Shown: positions 31,001 through 43,000 of the stretch, one piece after another
Layout: each line of letters opens with the position of its first letter
How positions within the stretch are numbered: the first letter of the stretch is position 1
NCBI RefSeq assembly: GCF_964355755.1
Contig: NC_092670.1
Coordinates: 19,330,795-19,394,794, forward strand
From: Antedon mediterranea
Lineage: Eukaryota; Animalia; Echinodermata
Length of the DNA: 64,000 nt
Direction of reading: 5' to 3'
Translations under genes and position numbers: made by a program
Notes under the pieces: generated by a model
The model's database searches: none
What the model was told of the DNA's origin: nothing
The model's input: the letters and a program-made list of their open reading frames with translations, nothing else

Positions 31001-34000
31001 ACCTCAACTCCCTGGGATTTGAATGTCTGTTTTAGAAGGATGGGTTCTAAGATTGGATCAAGTTCTTCTCCTATGTTCTCCAATAGCACGGGTTTGCCAA
31101 ACTGGATTGCATTCTCCAGAATGCGTACATAGTTTGGATCCGACAATTTGATAGCAGACAGTTGATTGGCTCTTTCCATATTCTTCACCCATTTGTTTGC
31201 TTGACCTAATATGTTCATAGTCAAAGGAATTATATTATATTTTTTAATTATTTAACTTGGACTAATAAACTAATTAAAGCATTGATGGTATATAAGTAAC
31301 TATGGGATTAGAACCTCTATAAGGGACAAAGCCAACACAGGACCCAACAAACTGTCTGCTCAATAGTGGAGTGGTGTCCCCTGGCCCTAGTGTTAAAACA
31401 TATTTGCACCTTGTTTGTTTCATGAAAAAGTATAACCTTAATAGGGTTCCTCTTGAATAGGGGTGTCCCAAAGAAGGGGTTCTAATGTAAGTTTCAATAG
31501 AAGTAGTTTTGTTACCTTGTGGATCAATCATAAGTGGCCATCTTCTTGAGTTTGAGACCATGATACCGTTATCAATGGAGAATGAATCTACAGGTAAGCC
31601 AGCAATCTGCCAGTCTCTAATTTTGACGGGTTCTCCAAGAGTAGCATTCAAAGAAAAGCTGGCAGAACATGGAATTCTCTTTTCCTTACTCCTAGTCAAC
31701 CACTCTTCTGTCGCTTTCTGCAACAACAAAAAATCAGAATGATAAATGTAATGTAAATGAATGCATTATTATTCATCCCCAGTTGAGAAAATATGTTTAG
31801 GCCCTTCACAGACCAACAGCAGCCACAGTCCATAATAAGTAAACACGGAGATGATTCCCGAAATCTTTTCCAATAGTTTCCAAACTTTTTTATCATGCTT
31901 TACATCCCATTTGAAGGATGAGGCACTGCAAACTGATAAGTTCACTGTACATTACTATATTAATACTTTAATTACTTACTTGTCTAAAGTCCACAGTGAA
32001 AGCACCAAGGTACGCAATCACACCAGAAGAGATCAACACATCTCCTGTAATGTTAATATACTTCTCACCCAGGTCCCTCGCCGCTTCACTCCACCGATCT
32101 TTTTCCCCACCGAGACCTCCGATGAGTTTCTCAGCACGGACAAGCTTTTGTGAACAGAGTTCAATGTTGTACTCTAGTTCTTTCTTTTTCTTGATCATTG
32201 CTTCAAATTCATCATTAAGAGCTTGCAATTTGTCCGAGACTTCTTTCAGTTCGGCACGTTTGGCGTTGAGCTTCTCCATCTGAACGCTAAGTTCTTCTTC
32301 AGCAGATTTCAATTTCTCTTGCTTTGGCCCAACAACCTAAAAAACAAATTTCAAACATTTCATCATCATACAACTACCTTGCATATAGGTTATCAGTCTC
32401 AATATCATAGAGGTAGAATCTCCTGATGGTCACTCCTAGGGTGACTTACTTTTGCAACTTTGTCATATATATCCATAGCCCTAACCCATTTACACAAGCC
32501 CTCCTAGCGTGACTTACCTTTGCCACTTTGTCATATATATCCATAGCCCTAACCCATTTACACAAGCCCTCCTAGCGTGACTTACCTTTGCCACTTTGTC
32601 ATATATATCCATAGCCCTAACCCATTTACACAAGCCCTCCTAGCGTGACTTACCTTTGCCACTTTGTCATATATATCCATAGCCCTAACCCATTTACACA
32701 AGCCCTCCTAGCGTGACTTACCTTTGCCACTTTGTCATATATATCCATAGCCCTAACCCATTTACACAAGCCCTCCTAGCGTGACTTACCTTTGCAACTT
32801 TGTCATATATATCCATAGCCCTAACCCATTTACACAAGCCCTCCTAGCGTGACTTACCTTTGCCACTTTGTCATATATATCCATAGCCCTAACCCATTTA
32901 CACAAGCCCTCCTAGCGTGACTTACCTTTGCCACTTTGTCATATATATCCATAGCCCTAACCCATTTACACAAGCCCTCCTAGCGTGACTTACCTTTGCC
33001 ACTTTGTCATATATATCCATAGCCCTAACCCATTTACACAAGCCCTCCTAGTGTGACTTACCTTTGCAACTTTGTCATATATATCCATAGCCCTAACCCA
33101 TTTACACAAGCCCTCCTAGTGTGACTTACCTTTGCAACTTTGTCATATATATCCATAGCCCTAACCCATTTACACAAGCCCTCCTAGTGTGACTTACCTT
33201 TGCAACTTTGTCATATATATCCATAGCCCTAACCCATTTACACAAGCCCTCCTAGTGTGACTTACCTTTGCAACTTTGTCATATATATCCATAGCCCTAA
33301 CCCATTTACACAAGCCCTCCTAGTGTGACTTACCTTTGCAACTTTGTCATATATATCCATAGCCCTAACCCATTTACACAAGCCCTCCTAGTGTGACTTA
33401 CCTTTGCCACTTTGTCATATATATCCATAGCCCTAACCCATTTACACAAGCCCTCCTAGCGTGACTTACCTTTGCCACTTTGTCATATATATCCATAGCC
33501 CTAACCCATTTACACAAGCCCTCCTAGCGTGACTTACCTTTGCAACTTTGTCATATATATCCATAGCCCTAACCCATTTACACAAGCCCTCCTAGCGTGA
33601 CTTACCTTTGCAACTTTGTCATATATATCCATAGCCCTAACCCATTTACACAAGCCCTCCTAGCGTGACTTACCTTTGCAACTTTGTCATATATATCCAT
33701 AGCCCTAACCCATTTACACAAGCCCTCCTAGGGTGACTTACCTTTGCAACTTTGTCATATATATCCATAGCCCTAACCCATTTACACAAGCCCTCCTAGT
33801 GTGACTTACCTTTGCCACTTTGTCATATATATCCATAGCCCTAACCCATTTACACAAGCCCTCCTAGCGTGACTTACCTTTGCCACTTTGTCATATATAT
33901 CCATAGCCCTAACCCATTTACACAAGCCCTCCTAGTGTGACTTACCTTTGCAACTTTGTCATATATATCCATAGCCCTAACCCATTTACACAAGCCCTCC

Positions 34001-37000
34001 TAGTGTGACTTACCTTTGCAACTTTGTCATATATATCCATAGCCCTAACCCATTTACACAAGCCCTCCTAGCGTGACTTACCTTTGCCACTTTGTCATAT
34101 ATATCCATAGCCCTAACCCATTTACACAAGCCCTCCTAGCGTGACTTACCTTTGCAACTTTGTCATATATATCCATAGCCCTAACCCATTTACACAAGCC
34201 CTCCTAGCGTGACTTACCTTTGCCACTTTGTCATATATATCCATAGCCCTAACCCATTTACACAAGCCCTCCTAGCGTGACTTACCTTTGCCACTTTGTC
34301 ATATATATCCATAGCCCTAACCCATTTACACAAGCCCTCCTAGGGTGACTTACCTTTGCAACTTTGTCATATATATCCATAGCCCTAACCCATTTACACA
34401 AGCCCTCCTAGGGTGACTTACCTTTGCCACTTTGTCATATATATCCATAGCCCTAACCCATTTACACAAGCCCTCCTAGGGTGACTTACCTTTGCAACTT
34501 TGTCATATATATCCATAGCCCTAACCCATTTACACAAGCCCTCCTAGCGTGACTTACCTTTGCCACTTTGTCATATATATCCATAGCCCTAACCCATTTA
34601 CACAAGCCCTCCTAGGGTGACTTACCTTTGCAACTTTGTCATATATATCCATAGCCCTAACCCATTTACACAAGCCCTCCTAGGGTGACTTACCTTTGCC
34701 ACTTTGTCATATATATCCATAGCCCTAACCCATTTACACAAGCCCTCCTAGGGTGACTTACCTTTGCAACTTTGTCATATATATCCATAGCCCTAACCCA
34801 TTTACACAAGCCCTCCTAGCGTGACTTACCTTTGCAACTTTGTCATATATATCCATAGCCCTAACCCATTTACACAAGCCCTCCTAGCGTGACTTACCTT
34901 TGCAACTTTGTCATATATATCCATAGCCCTAACCCATTTACACAAGCCCTCCTAGCGTGACTTACCTTTGCAACTTTGTCATATATATCCATAGCCCTAA
35001 CCCATTTACACAAGCCCTCCTAGTGTGACTTACCTTTGCAACTTTGTCATATATATCCATAGCCCTAACCCATTTACACAAGCCCTCCTAGCGTGACTTA
35101 CCTTTGCAACTTTGTCATATATATCCATAGCCCTAACCCATTTACACAAGCCCTCCTAGTGTGACTTACCTTTGCCACTTTGTCATATATATCCATAGCC
35201 CTAACCCATTTACACAAGCCCTCCTAGCGTGACTTACCTTTGCCACTTTGTCATATATATCCATAGCCCTAACCCATTTACACAAGCCCTCCTAGCGTGA
35301 CTTACCTTTGCCACTTTGTCATATATATCCATAGCCCTAACCCATTTACACAAGCCCTCCTAGCGTGACTTACCTTTGCCACTTTGTCATATATATCCAT
35401 AGCCCTAACCCATTTACACAAGCCCTCCTAGCGTGACTTACCTTTGCCACTTTGTCATATATATCCATAGCCCTAACCCATTTACACAAGCCCTCCTAGC
35501 GTGACTTACCTTTGCCACTTTGTCATATATATCCATAGCCCTAACCCATTTACACAAGCCCTCCTAGCGTGACTTACCTTTGCAACTTTGTCATATATAT
35601 CCATAGCCCTAACCCATTTACACAAGCCCTCCTAGCGTGACTTACCTTTGCCACTTTGTCATATATATCCATAGCCCTAACCCATTTACACAAGCCCTCC
35701 TAGCGTGACTTACCTTTGCCACTTTGTCATATATATCCATAGCCCTAACCCATTTACACAAGCCCTCCTAGCGTGACTTACCTTTGCCACTTTGTCATAT
35801 ATATCCATAGCCCTAACCCATTTACACAAGCCCTCCTAGTGTGACTTACCTTTGCAACTTTGTCATATATATCCATAGCCCTAACCCATTTACACAAGCC
35901 CTCCTAGTGTGACTTACCTTTGCAACTTTGTCATATATATCCATAGCCCTAACCCATTTACACAAGCCCTCCTAGTGTGACTTACCTTTGCAACTTTGTC
36001 ATATATATCCATAGCCCTAACCCATTTACACAAGCCCTCCTAGTGTGACTTACCTTTGCAACTTTGTCATATATATCCATAGCCCTAACCCATTTACACA
36101 AGCCCTCCTAGTGTGACTTACCTTTGCAACTTTGTCATATATATCCATAGCCCTAACCCATTTACACAAGCCCTCCTAGCGTGACTTACCTTTGCCACTT
36201 TGTCATATATATCCATAGCCCTAACCCATTTACACAAGCCCTCCTAGCGTGACTTACCTTTGCAACTTTGTCATATATATCCATAGCCCTAACCCATTTA
36301 CACAAGCCCTCCTAGCGTGACTTACCTTTGCAACTTTGTCATATATATCCATAGCCCTAACCCATTTACACAAGCCCTCCTAGCGTGACTTACCTTTGCC
36401 ACTTTGTCATATATATCCATAGCCCTAACCCATTTACACAAGCCCTCCTAGTGTGACTTACCTTTGCAACTTTGTCATATATATCCATAGCCCTAACCCA
36501 TTTACACAAGCCCTCCTAGTGTGACTTACCTTTGCAACTTTGTCATATATATCCATAGCCCTAACCCATTTACACAAGCCCTCCTAGCGTGACTTACCTT
36601 TGCCACTTTGTCATATATATCCATAGCCCTAACCCATTTACACAAGCCCTCCTAGCGTGACTTACCTCTGCAACTTTGTCATATATATCCATAGCCCTAA
36701 CCCATTTACACAAGCCCTCCTAGCGTGACTTACCTTTGCCACTTTGTCATATATATCCATAGCCCTAACCCATTTACACAAGCCCTCCTAGCGTGACTTA
36801 CCTTTGCCACTTTGTCATATATATCCATAGCCCTAACCCATTTACACAAGCCCTCCTAGGGTGACTTACCTTTGCAACTTTGTCATATATATCCATAGCC
36901 CTAACCCATTTACACAAGCCCTCCTAGGGTGACTTACCTTTGCAACTTTGTCATATATATCCATAGCCCTAACCCATTTACACAAGCCCTCCTAGCGTGA

Positions 37001-40000
37001 CTTACCTTTGCCACTTTGTCATATATATCCATAGCCCTAACCCATTTACACAAGCCCTCCTAGGGTGACTTACCTTTGCAACTTTGTCATATATATCCAT
37101 AGCCCTAACCCATTTACACAAGCCCTCCTAGGGTGACTTACCTTTGCCACTTTGTCATATATATCCATAGCCCTAACCCATTTACACAAGCCCTCCTAGG
37201 GTGACTTACCTTTGCAACTTTGTCATATATATCCATAGCCCTAACCCATTTACACAAGCCCTCCTAGCGTGACTTACCTTTGCAACTTTGTCATATATAT
37301 CCATAGCCCTAACCCATTTACACAAGCCCTCCTAGCGTGACTTACCTTTGCAACTTTGTCATATATATCCATAGCCCTAACCCATTTACACAAGCCCTCC
37401 TAGCGTGACTTACCTTTGCAACTTTGTCATATATATCCATAGCCCTAACCCATTTACACAAGCCCTCCTAGTGTGACTTACCTTTGCAACTTTGTCATAT
37501 ATATCCATAGCCCTAACCCATTTACACAAGCCCTCCTAGCGTGACTTACCTTTGCAACTTTGTCATATATATCCATAGCCCTAACCCATTTACACAAGCC
37601 CTCCTAGTGTGACTTACCTTTGCCACTTTGTCATATATATCCATAGCCCTAACCCATTTACACAAGCCCTCCTAGCGTGACTTACCTTTGCCACTTTGTC
37701 ATATATATCCATAGCCCTAACCCATTTACACAAGCCCTCCTAGCGTGACTTACCTTTGCCACTTTGTCATATATATCCATAGCCCTAACCCATTTACACA
37801 AGCCCTCCTAGCGTGACTTACCTTTGCCACTTTGTCATATATATCCATAGCCCTAACCCATTTACACAAGCCCTCCTAGCGTGACTTACCTTTGCCACTT
37901 TGTCATATATATCCATAGCCCTAACCCATTTACACAAGCCCTCCTAGGGTGACTTACCTTTGCAACTTTGTCATATATATCCATAGCCCTAACCCATTTA
38001 CACAAGCCTTCACAAGCAGCAGAAATATTTTTAATCACAGCTGGATCAAAATCTGGATTTGGAATGTATCTAAAATAATAAGTTCAACATTAACATTACA
38101 GTCAGACAGTAGTACAATATGAAAAAATACGGATACATGTAGGATAGGAAAGAATAGAAGTCATTGGGGTTTCAGAATAATATTATAAAATGTCTAGTAT
38201 TGTTGATATAAAGCCATGTATATACAGTTCTGAAAAGAACTGTAGAGAAATTTAACAGTTCTTTTCAGAACTATTTATACGTGGTGTACCACAAACTTTA
38301 TATCAACATTTGATTTCGCCATGTAAACTTTCAAACAATATTTGTCTAGTATTGTTAAAGATGGAGACATTATGATTTTTAAAAAAAAACATCTTACGTG
38401 GCTCGAATTTTCTTAATAACTGCTGGTGGAATAGCATCCTTATTGTATGTCTTCAAAGACTCCAAGAATTTCATATCACTAAGAACTTTTTGAGATGGTC
38501 CCCAGTAGTCTTCCACCATCTTGCCACTGCCGGATGGATCAGGTTTTCTCTCTGGTTTGATTCCCTTCATAATGCAGATAGATTCCATCACAAGTTTGAC
38601 ACCATGTGGAGGGTTCTATGGAAGAAATAAAATATAATTATTTTTATGCAACGACTATAATGATTATAATAAAAACAAACACAAAGCATTTAAAGGTCCT
38701 ATAAATAACCTATCCTACCTTCATGGATTTGACCATTGAGATGTCACTTGGTTTCAGTGTGTTGAGGGCTTGTATGGAAGACTCCAGTGCTGGTATAGCT
38801 TCAGCAAGATCGCTTTCACACTCATCTTTAATGGACTTGGCTGCGGCTGCTGCTTCATTTGCAACTGCTTCATCTGCTCCTACAAGCTGCAACACAAATT
38901 ATCACCACATATACTTTTTATTATGCAAGTTTTTTTGTCTCATGTATACAACAAACAGACTAAGTGTAAATAGCTATCCCAATTGGTAGGAATCCTTTAA
39001 GACAATTTATACAATATACTGTACAAAAAGAGACCTTGTTAGCACCAAGATTCATAAAGCTCATAGAGCATAAAGTTAAAAGCACACTTACTTCTTTCTT
39101 AGCCTCTACTTCCACTGTATCCTGTTCAATCTTTATCATAAGTTTATCAGTTTCCTCCGATGTCTTGATCAGCTCTGGTTGAAGGTCCGTCAGTTCCTGT
39201 TGCATCACTGACACCTGAGAGGCGGCAAAGTCTAATTTCTCCAGACCAATCAGATATCGGTTCTTCAAATTCATGATCTCTGTTCTCTTTAGGTGCAGAA
39301 GCTTCTTGAAAGTCATTATTAATTCCAAGTAAGAGGTTGGTGTGACATAGTTATGGCGTCGAAGGGTATCCAAAAACCTGTTGGAGTGTTTTAGTAATCA
39401 AAATTATTCAGTCAATACTGTTTTATCACACTGTTACTAATTTTATTTGGTTAATTGATAAGCACCGTCTACACTATCTAACTTGATGTGACAAAAAAAG
39501 GGTGTGTGTGTGCCCAAATATGGTAGTGATATGATGTCATTGTGTCCATTGATATTTTTTTGACATAAAGTTTGATAGTGTAGACAGATCTAGATCCTAT
39601 TTCAATTAAGTACATGATGTTTCTTAAACTAAAACAGTGTCATGAGACTTGAATTCAGTTTGAAAAAGAAATATACAATGACAGTGTGCTTACGTTTCTG
39701 ACATCAGTCGGACACTCTCATGAAAATGCTGACACATCCAGACACAAGAATCTCGGATTTCGTCTTCCAGATCCATGTCCTCCAAGAACCTGTTGGCAAC
39801 CATCTGCAATGCATCTGGAGGCCAAGCCTGCACGACGAAAAGACATACATAATCATTATACTGTCATCAAACAGAACTGAAATATTCTCTAATGTACAGT
39901 ACAGATATTGTATAATTTTTTACACAATACTACATTCTGGCATTTTAATGCAACCACTTTAAAGTGTCTTTCAGACCTGCTCCGGTCCAGCAAATAAAAT

Positions 40001-43000
40001 TGCATCTCAATGTTTCGTTTTCAAGACACTCGACGCAGCTATGCACCAACCATTTTTCTCGAGCGTAACCACATAGTGTATTGTGAGAAAAAATAGTTTA
40101 TAATGCTGGACACAAAATCAGGAGTAAACCGGAACCAGAGCAGGACCGGAGAGCAGGTGTTTACACTCACCTGGAACCAATCAATTGTACAGCAGTTGAT
40201 GAGTGATGGAAACATTCTAAGCCTGTTTCTGAAGGCATCTCCAATAGGACTCATAGCTAGCACCACATGTAGGTTACGACGGACACGTTCAATGAAAAAG
40301 TTATACATTGATAATGGAGTAGCTTCAATTTTTCTTCCCTAAAAATCATACAATATAAGGATTAGTGGTACTGGTAATGGCAGGAATAAAGGTTAGTGCT
40401 GGTTGTAGTTGTTTCTTTGCATTCATCCTGGCACAATTGAATTACATTCAACATAATCTGCAGCCTGTTGAATCATTCTCTGTAAATACCTGACAAATGG
40501 CACACGTGCTTGCATTATATATGTTCTAGATGTAATATGTAATGGCTATATATTGATTGTTAATTAACTGTTTACAACTAGACTAAAGCTCTGTCTACAC
40601 TATCAAACTAGTTTGACAATAAAAGTGCCCAAATATGGTAGTGATATGATGTCATAGCATCCATGTATGGGCACATCACTTTTGTTGTCAAATTTGATAG
40701 TGTAGACAAAGCTTAAGATAATAATTATGATTTGATAATAAATATGGGTCTGGTAAATATGATGATATTGAAGATGCCTTATGTTAACTAACATGCAGTA
40801 TACTAAAGTTTAACAAAACCCCTTTTCATAGTTGTTGTTACTAGCATCTTGCATCTTGCAAAGATTACCCATTCTGTCTCTATAAATTGTAAGTCTAACA
40901 TGCAGTTAACTAGTTATCTTTATTCATTATAATGTTATGATTGAGTACTACTGATATTCATAATAATGATAATAATAATAATAATAATAATAATACAGTA
41001 ATAATAATAATAACAAAGCAATGATAATAATGAAGATGTTGAAGATAAATTTATCCATGCTGTCATCTAGGAATATAAATAGGGCTGGGATTGAAGATTA
41101 CAATATGATGATTTTCACATGTATTGATGAAGACTATATCAATTATTGTGATTATGGTAATAATTCATTATGAAAACTAAAGAAAGATGACATGACGATG
41201 AATAAGGTTTTCAATGGCATAGATACAACCTTGTTCCTAGAACGCCCTTCAATGCGGTCCTTGTGCTCTTGCTGTTCATAAGAGTAATAATTATTTGTAA
41301 TAAGCAAAATCATTTAAATAATAATATGCTAATAGGGAGGGGAGAGCCCTTCAATTTTAGAAATTAAGACAATTCCATTTTTAATTGAGGGGTGTTCTAA
41401 TAGAAAAACACAATATAGATTTTATCAAATAAAGTATAAAATGTTGGTACTTTGTAGGTACTTTGTTTCTTACCTCTACTCTGGCAGCTTGTTGCATTTT
41501 TTCAATAATTTCTGCTTTCTCATCAGCTGGGTAGAGATTGGGAACATCTCCAGTGTTTAGGATCATGTTGATGTCTTCAACAAAGGATTCATCTTTTATC
41601 TGGTTATCTCCAAATAGAAAGACGGTTTGCTTGCCTTCTGAACCGGCTTTCAACAAGAGCTGTAAAGAATAAAGGCATTGAAATTGACTGGTCATAGGTT
41701 TTTTTATTGCTTTAATAGATTTTGCAAGACATGACAGGAAACCAAGCTCAATCACAACTATTTGTCTTTCAACATGATTGTTTAGCAAGAGTGTGAAATA
41801 CTATACCTTTTTCAAATCTTCTCTCCATTCATTCGATGTGTAGTTCTTAGTGATTTCAATCTGGAAGAGTTCGTAGTCAGCCATGAATGTTGCCAGTTTG
41901 GTAGCACTTTGACGACCGCTTCCACCAATACCTAATAAACAAAATAATAAATAGAAATATGCAGTTTCATTTCGCATTTGACACTTTTTACAAATTTTGA
42001 AGGGCACATGTTTAGTAGTCTGACTTGATTTGATATATACTACATAGTTTAATGTGTGTATAATGTTGATGGGTTGAATGGTGAGAATATTTCATGAGTT
42101 GAAAAAATGCCTTACCTATCAGCAATGCATGTCCATTGTCTTGTTTCAGCACCCGACACACACGTGAGATATGTTCAATGGCAAACTTAAACATGACTAG
42201 GCTCATTGGAGCTTTGCTTATCTGATTATACTCAACTAAGTAACCCTCCATAACTGATGTGAGCTGCTTCAAGTCTGCTACTTCATCATAGGCTTTCACA
42301 TCCGAGTCTGGGTTGATGAAGTCACAAAAGAACAAGGAGCGGATGTTATCGTCGATGAGCTTACCGCTCGGCGACAGGTGGCTTAGAACTTTGTCCAAGC
42401 TCTGCTTGAATGAGCTTTGTGTCATCTCTTTCACAATACCAAAAAATGTTTGTCTAATAAATAAATAATAGAAACATAACTTTTAATTTGTACTACTTCC
42501 CAGATGTTTGTGATTGACATGCTTCCTTACAAATCTTAGAATCGGTGCTCTACACTTCTACACCAAGGTCAGACTAGGTTCCAATTCAGCCAATGATTAA
42601 CGTTGTCATGATTCTTACCCAAAGATAATCTTAGTAATTGAGAAAGGGCAGTAGTGCCCTAGAAACCTGTGGCTGTTTTCACCATTCACACTTAATCTAA
42701 AGAAAGCATTTACCCTTAAAATTAATATCCTATCTAAGTGAATACGATTTAAGGGAAATACTTCAATATTTATTGAGTTTAGTAAAATACTTAATATTTA
42801 AGAGAAATATCTCACTTAAGTGTTATTGGTGAATACGGCCAATAGGTACATACAAATTCACAGTACAAATATTTTTCTCCAACCATCAACAGTACTATAA
42901 CCTAAACTTAAGACTTAGGACTTGGTATGGAATCATGCTTTTATTTCTCATTGGTAATTGGTGATCAATATTACTGTGACAAATATGAGAAAAATCCTAC

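Noticed and set aside
29599-32426. Plus-strand ORFs overlapping dynein exons
   Set aside because: They are antisense shadows of coding exons with no independent coding signal.
32433-38008. CRISPR array or interstitial telomere
   Set aside because: There are no unique spacers and no cas genes, the context is eukaryotic, there is only one TTAGGG per unit, and the unit is plainly a copy of the adjacent exon/intron junction.
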